A stretch of 64,000 nt of DNA from Candidatus Calditenuis fumarioli (GTDB taxonomy: Archaea; Thermoproteota; Nitrososphaeria_A; Caldarchaeales; Calditenuaceae). Under the pieces are notes generated by a model. That model ran no database searches. It was not told where the DNA came from and saw only the letters and a program-made list of their open reading frames with translations. This document shows positions 1 to 9,306 of this stretch, piece by piece; position 1 is the stretch's first letter, and every line of letters begins with the position of its first letter. The translations under genes were made by a program, and so were the position numbers. The DNA is taken from positions 192,001 through 256,000 of the forward strand of contig JANVYR010000001.1 in assembly GCA_030059665.1 (NCBI GenBank), given 5' to 3'.

Positions 1-532
1 CAATGGCTTTATTGTAGAGAGAGTTATAAATCTCAATTTCTCTATTTACGATTTATTGTTTAAGACCCCTTATGAGCCGACGAAATTTATTAAAAGATCA
101 GCATTCCATAAAATTGGAATTTTCTACGAAAAATTTAATTATGCTTGGCATAGAGAGTGGTTGTTAAGAGCTGCAATAATGGGTTTAAGTAGTTCGCACA
201 CCAGAACAGTTTGTTATCTATTTCGGCGACACACTTTATCTACTACATTACCATTGATCTGGAATGAGTATAAGAGATTGAAATGGCTAAAGGAGCATTT
301 AATAATGGATAAAAATCTTATCAGTTTAGCAAAAAAATGCAATAATCAAGTTGCTATAACTTTACTGAAAAAACATTTGATGAGAGAATCAATGAGCGGG
401 TTGCGACTTTCAATTAAAAAAGCCAAGATTCAAGAGGCTGCCTATTATGCCATGTTTCCGATGTTCGTAGACTCTGGTCTATATATTAAATTTATCAAAA
501 GAAAATTTATTACATCACACGCCTTAATATAG
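1..532 (+). CDS. C-terminal part of a probable family 2 glycosyltransferase, running off the window start
   Basis: Frame is open from base 2 (NGFIVERV...). FIKRSAFHKIGIFYEKFNYAWHREWLLRA resembles the GT2 'F..iG.FdE.f.ya.D.ew.lR' region. Very AT-rich compared with the rest of the window; lies next to a flippase. Confidence 0.5.
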   Translation, partial: NGFIVERVINLNFSIYDLLFKTPYEPTKFIKRSAFHKIGIFYEKFNYAWHREWLLRAAIMGLSSSHTRTVCYLFRRHTLSTTLPLIWNEYKRLKWLKEHLIMDKNLISLAKKCNNQVAITLLKKHLMRESMSGLRLSIKKAKIQEAAYYAMFPMFVDSGLYIKFIKRKFITSHALI

Positions 533-653
533 CGCAGATTTTATAAGTTCCGCCTCGAATTTTCTCTTGAAATAAGACCTGTGACAGTAAATAGTATCTC
601 ATCCTAGAGGGATGTCTACTTATAAATCCCAAACGATGATATTTAAAATTTCA

Positions 654-2147
654 TTACTTCAAAAGGCTTATCACGAACACCCTAACTTCCTTTAGCAATT
701 GCCTGAACTGCGACGACGTTGCGTAGAGCGACGCGAAATAGATCATAGCCCCCAATCCGGTTAACGAGGAGAGCTCAGTCAACGTACTCAAGAAACCCCT
801 TTCGGGGCCGCTCAATGCGATCTTGCCCAGTGTGACAGCCATTGCCATTATGGCTCCCGATGCGAAGTAAGGCACGAGTTCCCTGAACTGGACCCTGAAG
901 CCGGTGTATTTTGCCGCATGCGAACTATAGATAACCAGCTGCACGATGGTCACCACCGTCTTAACCGCGGCCAAAACCGTGACCAAGAGATTGACCTGAA
1001 GCCTCAGAAACGCCAGCACCAACGCGATTGGCACCAGGTACGATGGGGCGGTTAAGGCCGAGACGTACAACCCGAAGGACAGCCTGCTTCGGAGGTACTG
1101 TCTCACGGTTGGTACGCCCTCCTCATCGATCCTTTCCGACGCGAGTATCAGGGTGCCGTAATAATTGCTCAACAGTCCGACGAAGGTGGAGACCAAAAGG
1201 AGCGAAGCGGCCGGCCACGATCCGGAGTAAACCGGGTTCAGGACGGAAAGCAGGTAATCCGAAAGGACAACGGAACCGAAGAGCGCGGGCACCCCGAGCG
1301 TCATCATGAAGTGGAGCGATTTGAGGGCATCCCTCACGTCCCCTCCTGATAGGAGTCGTGGGTAGAGGCCTCCGATGAGGTTGCCAGTAGCGTTAACCAA
1401 TAGCGATATCGTGAACGCTGCTTGCCAGTGGGCAGTGACGAGCGTCCCTCCGGTGAAGAGCGACATCATGATGACGTCTAGGGAGTAAACCTGACCGACT
1501 AGCAGTGACAGCGCGTTGACCACGGAGCCGCGGAACCATCTCGCCAGCTCCTCACCGACGTTCTCACGGCCTAAGGTTCCCCTCACGCCATAAGCGAGGA
1601 CCGACAGGTAGGCAAGGTGGCCCACGAATACCGCCGTGATGACAGAACGGAGGGACGGGTCCCCTAAACCGAGAACCAGAACCAGGGCAGCGATCAGCTT
1701 CACGGTCTCAAAGGCCATGGATCCAAGACCCGTGAACTGCGGCGCATGTCCCCACGCGATCGCCAGGTAGAGGTTCACGAGGGAGTTGGGAACGAGCACC
1801 AGAAGCCCCAAGAGGAGGTCGTTGAAAGTCGAACCCACCTGTGAGTAGGTCAACGACGAGGCCGCTATGTAGAGACCGGCACCAGCGGGGATTAAGATTG
1901 AACCCGAGACGAGTGAGGGCACCATGACCTTTCTGCCCCTCGCCGCGTCCCTGCCTATCCAGCTGCCGATCAGGTTGACGGGTATCAACGAGTAGGAGAC
2001 CAGAGTCCCGATGTAGGCCCAAAGCCCGAAGGTTTCTGGATTCAACCGCCTCGCTATGAGGACCGAGAAGAGCAGACCCACTATCTGCCCGTAAACCGCT
2101 GCCGCGAAGGATATAGCTCCAGGGAGCCTCAGCCTTACCCTGCTCAC
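654..2147 (-). CDS. Polysaccharide/oligosaccharide flippase (Wzx/RfbX, MOP superfamily)
   Basis: 497 aa with about 12-14 hydrophobic helices; N-terminal 'IARRLNPETFGLWAYI' is typical of Wzx flippases. Confidence 0.8.
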   Translation of the reverse strand: MSRVRLRLPGAISFAAAVYGQIVGLLFSVLIARRLNPETFGLWAYIGTLVSYSLIPVNLIGSWIGRDAARGRKVMVPSLVSGSILIPAGAGLYIAASSLTYSQVGSTFNDLLLGLLVLVPNSLVNLYLAIAWGHAPQFTGLGSMAFETVKLIAALVLVLGLGDPSLRSVITAVFVGHLAYLSVLAYGVRGTLGRENVGEELARWFRGSVVNALSLLVGQVYSLDVIMMSLFTGGTLVTAHWQAAFTISLLVNATGNLIGGLYPRLLSGGDVRDALKSLHFMMTLGVPALFGSVVLSDYLLSVLNPVYSGSWPAASLLLVSTFVGLLSNYYGTLILASERIDEEGVPTVRQYLRSRLSFGLYVSALTAPSYLVPIALVLAFLRLQVNLLVTVLAAVKTVVTIVQLVIYSSHAAKYTGFRVQFRELVPYFASGAIMAMAVTLGKIALSGPERGFLSTLTELSSLTGLGAMIYFASLYATSSQFRQLLKEVRVFVISLLK

Positions 2148-2743
2148 CGCACTCGACGCTCAAACGCCGCTATATTGGGTAGTGCACCAGGTTTCGCAGC
2201 TGGCGATAATTGGAGATTTTGCTGACGCAAGGTACTCATCGACGTTATCGAATGTGTTGAAAGGCCCGTTAAGTTGGTATTACTCAATTTTGATCGCCCC
2301 CACCGGTCTTCTCAGCGAGTCCTTCACCCGTTCTTCTCGGAACAGCATTCTCAGCTTCATCCAGCCCAGTTCGTGTTATGGGAGGTAGTTTTTCAAAATG
2401 CCCGGCTGCATGTTACTCACTATCACCCAGTACGTTGTGCTACCGAGCAGTGATTCCTACCATCGAAATGTAATGGGTGCATCAAGAAGCCCTTGAAGAG
2501 TTCCCTCAGGACCCTCCGGAAGCCCTCCACCACCAGCGGGTTACTGGTTAATTTAGGATCCACGTACCGAGTATCCTCACAAACGACTCGTATGTTGTGA
2601 AGAACCGTGCGCTAAAACTACCTATATCGTCTGCCAGGAACAGCAATGCCCTACACCTGAAGGTTTAGACGCACCGAAGTCCCCGCTCGGCCGTATAGAA
2701 AAACCATAAAAAGCATCTTAACACCCCCAATACAGCACATCGG

Positions 2744-3136
2744 ATGTCAAAATACGAGGAGTACAACGCTCTGCTCAGGAGGTCGAGCGGGTTCTACGAG
2801 ACGGCGCGTATGCAGGCCGAAGCCGGAATGTACGACCTTGCAGTCTTCAGCTTGGAGCAATCGCTTCAGCTCTTCCTCAAGGCAAACCTGCTGCGTGCCG
2901 GCTCCGATTATCCGAGGACCCACAGTGTCAGGAGACTTCTGGAGCTGCTCGCGGAAGTCACGGGCCGTGAGGAGCTGAGGCACATCGCATCTAGGTACAG
3001 CGTTGAGTTGGGATCGCTCGAGGACACTTACATAACATCAAGGTGCGTTCCCCGGGTTTACGCTCGGGAGGAGTTCGAGAGGCTCCACAAGGTCGTCGAC
3101 GAGGTGATGGCGCTTGTCAGCGGATCCGTTCGTTAG
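2744..3136 (+). CDS. HEPN domain protein (COG2250 type)
   Basis: 'YDLAVFSLEQSLQLFLKA...YPRTHSVRRLL' matches the HEPN pattern; overlaps a downstream MNT gene. Confidence 0.85.
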   Translation: MSKYEEYNALLRRSSGFYETARMQAEAGMYDLAVFSLEQSLQLFLKANLLRAGSDYPRTHSVRRLLELLAEVTGREELRHIASRYSVELGSLEDTYITSRCVPRVYAREEFERLHKVVDEVMALVSGSVR

Positions 3137-3434
3137 GGACTCCAAGCGACGGATCGAGGTCTTCAGCCGGCTCGAGAGCCACCTTGCGAGGCTGGCGGAG
3201 GTCGTCAAATCGCTGGATCCAAATGCGGAGGTGTACCTATTCGGTAGCGTCGCCGAGGGGAGGCATCTCCTATCGAGCGATGCGGACGTGCTGGTCGTCA
3301 CGGACAGGTTGAGGCCGGGGGAGGTCATCGCGTCGCTGAAGGATGAGGGGTTCGACGATCCCCTCGAGATCCACGTCATCGGCAGAGAGCTGCTGGACCT
3401 GTATGCGAGGAGGTCAAAGCTTGTCAGACTCTAG
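3114..3434 (+). CDS. Minimal nucleotidyltransferase (MNT), HEPN-MNT partner
   Basis: 'VYLFGSVAEG...SDADVLVV' GS/DxD motif in a 106-aa protein. Confidence 0.85.
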   Translation: MSADPFVRDSKRRIEVFSRLESHLARLAEVVKSLDPNAEVYLFGSVAEGRHLLSSDADVLVVTDRLRPGEVIASLKDEGFDDPLEIHVIGRELLDLYARRSKLVRL

Positions 3435-3539
3435 GTCCGCGATGCATGTCCGGTCAGTTGCGTCGTGATGGTCGACTCGGAGAAGGCACCGTCCTAGGAA
3501 GATCCCTAAACCTGTCCGGGGACGTAAGCCCATAAGCCG

Positions 3540-5126
3540 GTGCGAACGCAGCGCAGCGGGTTGGTCTCCTGGGAGCTGGTGCACAAGGCCACGGCATTCA
3601 TCGCGGAGGAGATGGGGGTGGCGCTGAAGAGGTCGGCCTTCTCTCCGAACATCAAGGAGCGGATGGACCACAGCTGCGCGGTCCTGGACGGGGAGGAAAG
3701 GATAGTGGCCCAGGCGAAGCACATTCCGGTCCACCTCGGCTCTTTCAGGGTCTGCGCGCTGAACGCAGTCCGGATCCTCAGCGAGGAGGGGATCGAGCTG
3801 GAGGAGGGGGACATGCTGGCCTTCAACGACCCCTACATCTCAGGCACCCACCTGAACGACCTGGCGGTGATGGCGCCCGTAAAGCGTAACGGCGAGACGG
3901 TGGCGTACGTGATCAACAAGGCCCACCTGGTGGACGTGGGCGGCCCGATGCCGGGCAGCATCAACCCCAACGCGCGAACCTTGTACGAGGAGGGGATGAT
4001 AGCTCCACCGGTGAAGCTGGTTAAGTCCGGTCAACTCGATCCGGAGCTGATCAGGTTCATGGCTTCCAACTTCAAGACGCCGGACGTAACGATCGGCGAC
4101 GTGATCGCGCAGGTGGCTGCGAACAGAGTCGGGGTCAGGCGGGTCGGCGAGCTCATGGAGAAGTACGGGCTGGAGACGGTGCTCGAGGCGTGGAGGCGCT
4201 CGATAGAATATTCCAGGAGCATAGCCTCCTCGGAGATCTCGGGCTGGAGGTCAGGGTCCTTCGACGCTGAGGACTACCTCGAGGCACCCGACGGCGACCT
4301 AGCAGTGCGGGGCAGGCTCGAGATAGGCGGTGGAAAGGTCAGGGCGGGCTTCTCGGGGTCCTCCCCTCAGGTCGAGTACCCGCTCAACGCGGTCTACGGC
4401 GTTACCTACGCGGCCACCGTCTTCGCGGTCCGTAGCCTCTTCCGGAGGGACGTGCCCGTGAACGAGGGCCTCTACTCGGCGATCGAGGTCGTAGCGCCGG
4501 AGGGTACCATCGTCAACCCGAGGAGGCCCGCACCGGTTGGGGGAGGGAACGTCGAGACCTCCCAGCGCGTGGCCGACACAGTTTTCCTAGCCCTCTCCAA
4601 ATCGATGCCCGAGCTGACGCCTGCGGCAGGCTCCGGGACGATGACCAACGTGATGATGGGAGGCAGGCTACCCGACGGCACCTACTGGGCCTACTACGAG
4701 ACGATCGGCGGAGGAACAGGGGGAAGGCCCGGGAAGGACGGCGTCTCAGGGGTCCACGTCAACATGACCAACACCCTCAACACGCCGATCGAGGTGGCCG
4801 AGCGCGAATATCCCCTTGTTCACCGCCTACAGGATACGGGAGGGCAGCGGTGGCGACGGGCTCTACAGGGGAGGTGACGGAGTCGTGAGGGCCTTCAGGG
4901 TCCTGCAGCCCTGCAGGCTCTCGGTCCTCTCGGACCGCTTCAGGCGGGGCCCCTGGGGGCTTTGGGGAGGTGAGAGCGGTAAGCCGGGAAGGATAACGAT
5001 AGTCCGCTCCGACGGCAGGAGGGAGGAGATGCCGAGCAAGTTCGCCGTTGACCTCTCCCCGGTGACGAGGTCGTGATCGAGACGCCCGGAGGGGGAGGCC
5101 TGTACCGCCGGTTTCGAGGACCGTAG
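3540..5126 (+). pseudogene. Hydantoinase B / 5-oxoprolinase subunit with two frameshifts
   Basis: EEMGVALKRSAFSPNIKERMDHSCA, GTHLND and HVNMTNTLNTPIEVAER motifs. The frame shifts at the C run 4812-4815 (continues LFTAYRIREGSGGDG) and again at the C run 5057-5060 (continues GDEVVIETPGGGG, stop at 5126). Confidence 0.85.
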
Positions 5127-5238
5127 TTTCCAACATTCCCATTGCTATGGATGCCGTGTGAGGGGCCGCAGCGCGCTGGAAACTTCAGATAATCGGGGGT
5201 TCGAGTCGGAGCTCGGCAGGCTTCTGGAGGAGCTCTGA

Positions 5239-5788
5239 TCAGGACCTCTCCAGCACGATGCAGGACGAGGGCCCAACCGAGAAAGACCAGCCGTCGGGCA
5301 CCACGGTCGTGGAGTCGTACTCGTCCATCAGCGCTGGACCCTCTGCCCTGAACCCCCTCGGAAGCCTCTCCCTCCTGTAAACAGGGACCTCCTCCCATTC
5401 GTCCCGAAGCATCGCCCTCAGTTCCCTAGGCACAAATGGCCTCGGCTTCTCGAAGAGGAGGTCGTAGAGCCTGGGCCTGTTCTGCCTTCCGATCTCAATG
5501 GCGTCCCTGAAACCCCGTGTCACCAGCATGCCCACCCTCGGACGCTCAAGCCGCATCTGTCCCCGGAGCGCGTTGGTCGCAATCGTCGAGGCGTGCAAAA
5601 CCTCCCTCGCGCCACACCCTCCTGAAGCCCTCGATGACCGTCCTCTCGGGGGCCCTGACGTCGGTCAGGGACTTGGAGTGCCTGAGGTTGCCGCGCTCAT
5701 CGAGGTGGACGAAGTCCGTGAAGGTCCCTCCCACATCGACGTCCAGCGTGGACAAGAGTTGGTCATCCAGAGTCCGGAAGAAGCCCAC
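5239..5788 (-). pseudogene. Hydantoinase A / oxoprolinase subunit remnant with a frameshift and a large internal deletion
   Basis: DVGGTFTD, then after a frameshift near 5600 HASTIATNAL and GFRDAIEIGRQNRPRLYDL, joined near 5415 directly to the extreme C-terminus (VPVYRRERL...GPALMDEYDSTTVVP). Only ~180 codons of a normally ~680-aa protein remain. Confidence 0.85.
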
Positions 5789-5811
5789 TAATTTTTTCTC
5801 CTTGTCTGTAG

Positions 5812-6031
5812 CGGCACCGTCAATCTGGTATTACGCCTCTTCTTCAATTACGTTCAATAGTATGTTGTGGATAAGCGCTATTCAGCATATGCTTTCCCGA
5901 GCGGGAACAATTGTTGAACAGCGAAGACATCTTTTCGATCAGGTAATCGGGAACGCGAACTAGGGGTTGAGGACGAGCAAGTTCATAGGACCTTAATTGT
6001 AAAAGCTCAAGAGTAAAACTTGACGGTGCCG
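5812..6031. mobile_element. ~220-bp MITE-like or deleted IS element with 12-bp terminal inverted repeats (possibly IS6-derived)
   Basis: CGGCACCGTCAA (5812-5823) and TTGACGGTGCCG (6020-6031) are a perfect inverted pair around an AT-rich interior. No target duplication is visible. Confidence 0.55.
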
Positions 6032-6054
6032 AGACCGAGAAGAGTGCATTTGTT

Positions 6055-7746
6055 TTATTCTCTACCGGAGGCTCCCTGCAGTGTCGGCACGTTGTTGAGG
6101 CCCCCGAAACCTGCGGTCTTGGTTGAGGCCAGCGGCACTGATGCCTGCTTCGTCGGCAGCTTCCTCTTGTAGAAGTCGTCGCTGAGCTTTCTGCCAGTCC
6201 TCCTCTCCCACTCCTCGATGGAGATACCGTAGACCGCCTGGATCCTGTCCCTGTACCACTCCGGGATGACGTTGAAGGCGCAGAACGGAATGATCCTGCC
6301 GTCCGGCGTCAGGTAGTGGATGTCGCACCGCCTGAGGCGCTCCTCGTCGTGATTGTACTTGTCCTGGAAGTGCATCATCCCAAGGAACAGAGACTTCCTG
6401 TGCCAGTCGCCGACGCTCTTGTAGTCGTGCTTCACCAAAATGTCGAAGAGCATCCGCTTCAGGTTCATCCCCGCGGGCTGCTTCTTCTCGTTGATGAACT
6501 TCCCGATGTTCCAGAGGACCTTCATCCCCACCCATACCCTGTTCCTTCCGGCCTCGATCTCCTCGGCCTTGTCCTGGAGGTACTTGATCAGGCCCTCGAC
6601 GTCGACGAACTCCGTGATGGGAACCATCCTCTCTCCGTCCTTGAAGACGTAGGTTCCGGCGCCGCAGGCGAAGTGAATGCTCAGCTCGTAGTGGGCCCTC
6701 CTCGTGAGCGCCTCGAGGAATCCGGTCAGGGGCGTGCACGCGGGGACCGGGAACCAGGCGTCCCTGGGTATCTCGCCGTTGGTCTGCTCCTCGATCCTGA
6801 TGATGCAGTCGGGTATCGTGATCCTGTACTTCTCGCGCTCCCTCTTGGGCATCCTCCCGGTCAGCGAGACGGGCTGGAAGTTGACGGCCCTGATCACGTC
6901 GATGTTCCTGAAGGCGAACCGGATGATGTCGCCGAGCTCGTGGTCGTTCACGCTCTTGATCACGGTCGGAACCAGCACGATTCCTACGCCCAGCTTCCTC
7001 GCGTTCTCGAGGACCCCTGGCACCTCCCAGTGGTTCTTCGGGTTGGTCCTGGGTGTCACGCCGTCGAAGCTCATGTAGAGGTTGCTGACGCCTGCCTCCT
7101 TCAGCCGCTTGAAGTACTCGAAGTCCCTGCTGAGCCGTATCCCGTTGGTGTTAAGCTGTATGTGGTCGACCCCGACCTCCTTCAGGATCCTGATGATCTC
7201 CGGGAGGTCGTCGCGGAGCGTCGGCTCCCCTCCGGTTATCTGGATCGAGTTCCCGGGCACCGGCCTCTCGGCCCTGAGGTTCAGGGCCATCTCCCTGATC
7301 TGATCCAGCGTGGGCTCGTAGATGTAACCGGCCTTCTCCGCGTAGAAGAAGCAGTACCAGCAGTGCAGGTCGCACCTGTTCGTCACGACGAGGTTTGCGA
7401 GGCCCGTGTGGCTGAGGTGGCTGCTGCAGAGGCCGCAGTTCGCCGGGCAGGCGCACCTCGGCATCTCCACGTCCGGGTTGCCCGTTCCCTTGCCGTCCTT
7501 CAGCCACCGCGCGAACTTGTAGTACATCTGGGCGTCGCCGAAGTAGAGCTCGTCGAACTCGCCGTGGACCGGACAGACCTTCTTGATGTAGATCTTGTTG
7601 TTCTCCTCGAAGACCTCCGCCGGTAATATCCTGTTGCACTCCGGGCAGATGCTCCTGGTGATCGTGACCACCTTCTTCGCGGCCTTCTCCTGCTGCCTTA
7701 TCTCGAGTGCCGTCGCCATCTCGCCGGGCCCGTCACTGGACATCAT
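6055..7746 (-). CDS. tes: Radical SAM tetraether lipid synthase (Tes / GDGT-MAS, MJ0619 family)
   Basis: N-terminal CPEC...CPVHG Zn site, CPANCGLC..H, CDLHCWYC SAM motif, QITGGEPT and C-terminal RCDIHY...GRIIPFC, the characteristic Tes architecture. Confidence 0.85.
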   Translation of the reverse strand: MMSSDGPGEMATALEIRQQEKAAKKVVTITRSICPECNRILPAEVFEENNKIYIKKVCPVHGEFDELYFGDAQMYYKFARWLKDGKGTGNPDVEMPRCACPANCGLCSSHLSHTGLANLVVTNRCDLHCWYCFFYAEKAGYIYEPTLDQIREMALNLRAERPVPGNSIQITGGEPTLRDDLPEIIRILKEVGVDHIQLNTNGIRLSRDFEYFKRLKEAGVSNLYMSFDGVTPRTNPKNHWEVPGVLENARKLGVGIVLVPTVIKSVNDHELGDIIRFAFRNIDVIRAVNFQPVSLTGRMPKREREKYRITIPDCIIRIEEQTNGEIPRDAWFPVPACTPLTGFLEALTRRAHYELSIHFACGAGTYVFKDGERMVPITEFVDVEGLIKYLQDKAEEIEAGRNRVWVGMKVLWNIGKFINEKKQPAGMNLKRMLFDILVKHDYKSVGDWHRKSLFLGMMHFQDKYNHDEERLRRCDIHYLTPDGRIIPFCAFNVIPEWYRDRIQAVYGISIEEWERRTGRKLSDDFYKRKLPTKQASVPLASTKTAGFGGLNNVPTLQGASGRE

Positions 7747-7826
7747 TTAAGCATTTTCACACATCTGCGAGGTTGCGGAGTGGGTCAGGTCCGTTTAAAG
7801 ACTCGGATTGCTTGCTCCCAACGGCG

Positions 7827-8636
7827 ATGCGGAGGATCCTGATCTCGAGGGCAGACGGCTCCTCGATGCTCGTCCGTCGTTACCTCCTGGAGGTCATGGG
7901 TTTCGAGCGGATCGAGCGAAACGGAAGGGAGGTTCTCAGGAAGGGGAGCGTGGAGGCCGTGGTCACCGACGGTCTTCACCTCCACCTCTCACCGGAAGAT
8001 ATCGCGTCCGTGGCGGACGAGCTGGTAGTCGTGGCCTCCACCCACAGGTCCGAGCAGGGGGTGAACGCGCTGACGGTCCACGCCACGGGCAACTGGACCT
8101 CCGAGGCCCGCTACGGCGGCCTTCCGAGAGCCCTCTCCTCGACGATGGCCGGTGCCATCAGAACCGCCTTTGACGCCCTCCGGGAGGAGGCCTCGACGGA
8201 GAGGGAGCTCGAGGGTTGGTGGGTCGGTCTGGAGGTCACGCACCACGGCCCTCATTCTATGGTTCCCCTGATCTACGTCGAGTTCGGCGGCGACGAGAGA
8301 GCCAGGGCGAGCGAGGCCGGTGCGGCGGCCGTAGCGGAGGCCTGCGTCGAGGTGGTCACCAAGGCGAGGCCCTCGAACCGCGCAGCGGTCGGCGTGGGTG
8401 GGGGCCACTACGCTCCGGCCTTCGTCAGGCTGATGGCCGAGGGTTCGTTCGACTTCGGGCACGTCCTGCCCAAGTACGCCATCCCCCAGGGCCTCGATCT
8501 CCTCCCCGAAGCGGTGGCGAGGACCGCCGACGGGTGCAGGGCCGTGGTCCTCGACCGGAAGGGGATCCCCGGTGCCCACCGGCGCGAGGCGATCGCCGCC
8601 GCGGAGTCCCTCGGCCTTGAGGTAGTCCAGCTGTGA
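7827..8636 (+). CDS. dtdA: D-aminoacyl-tRNA deacylase (DtdA/GEK1 family)
   Basis: STHRSE...LTVHATGN, LEVTHHGP, IYVEFG and GVGGGHYAP motifs. Start placed at ATG 7827. Confidence 0.85.
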   Translation: MRRILISRADGSSMLVRRYLLEVMGFERIERNGREVLRKGSVEAVVTDGLHLHLSPEDIASVADELVVVASTHRSEQGVNALTVHATGNWTSEARYGGLPRALSSTMAGAIRTAFDALREEASTERELEGWWVGLEVTHHGPHSMVPLIYVEFGGDERARASEAGAAAVAEACVEVVTKARPSNRAAVGVGGGHYAPAFVRLMAEGSFDFGHVLPKYAIPQGLDLLPEAVARTADGCRAVVLDRKGIPGAHRREAIAAAESLGLEVVQL

Positions 8637-8705
8637 TGTCAGGCCTCACGAACGCTCGTTGTGCCCCAACTTATATAACGGAGTTATGGGTTTTGTTGGT
8701 TGGGA

Positions 8706-9083
8706 ATGCTGCTGCCGAGCGAGATAGAGGCCAGATGGCTGCTGCCGGTTCTGAGGGCGCTCGTGGTCAGGCGCCTCATCTCGAAGTACGGGATGACGCA
8801 GGAGAGGGTGGCGCAGCTGCTCGGGATAACCCAGGCGAGCGTGAGCAACTACGTCAGGGCGGTGCGTGCCAGGGGCCTGAGGCCCGAGGCGATCACGCTC
8901 CTCTCGAGGTACGCACAGGAGCTGGCGGACACGGCATACCGGACGCAGGACCCACACCTCGTCGCGAGAGCGATCCAGGAGACGCTGACCAGGATACGGA
9001 GGGACAGGGTCCTCTGTGAGCTCCACCAGAACCTCGAGCCTGGGATCGACGTGGAGAACTGCGACCTCTGCGATCTGGACTGA
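8706..9083 (+). CDS. HTH transcriptional regulator (COG2522-like, XRE fold)
   Basis: LPSEIEARWLLPVLRALV...GMTQERVAQLLGITQASVSNY helix-turn-helix, with a C-terminal C..H...C..C cluster. Confidence 0.75.
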   Translation: MLLPSEIEARWLLPVLRALVVRRLISKYGMTQERVAQLLGITQASVSNYVRAVRARGLRPEAITLLSRYAQELADTAYRTQDPHLVARAIQETLTRIRRDRVLCELHQNLEPGIDVENCDLCDLD

Positions 9084-9144
9084 TCTGGACCCTTCCTCGA
9101 GCTTTCATCTCACCGAGCAGCTCGTAACCCGACCTCCAAAATTG

Positions 9145-9257
9145 CAGCCCGGGCCGGATTCGAACCGGCGTCTCCGGGTCTCCCCTCCCAGGGGGATCCA
9201 AAGCCCGGAATCCCTGGTCCGCCTCTGGCCAGCGATTGACCGCTAGACGACCGGGCT
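9145..9257 (-). tRNA. tRNA-Gln(UUG) with two introns (22 nt at 21/22, 18 nt at 37/38)
   Basis: Acceptor AGCCCGG/CCGGGCT, T-arm GCCGG-TTCGAAT-CCGGC, anticodon stem CCGGG/CCCGG with TTG at 9199-9201. Introns at 9214-9235 and 9180-9197 each fit bulge-helix-bulge-type geometry. Confidence 0.9.
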
Positions 9258-9306
9258 ACCGGCATGAGACCATCCAGCCCAGATTTAACCGTCAACAGGC
9301 CCCTCG

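Noticed and set aside
4812-5060. Programmed frameshifting in hydantoinase B
   Set aside because: Short C runs with no slippery heptamer or stimulatory structure; the partner gene is clearly destroyed, so decay or sequencing error is more likely.
6316-7626. Long antisense ORF (436 aa), and similar ones such as 36021-37091, 50089-51306 and 55815-58091
   Set aside because: Shadow frames of well-supported genes, produced by GC-rich codon bias; no family motifs.
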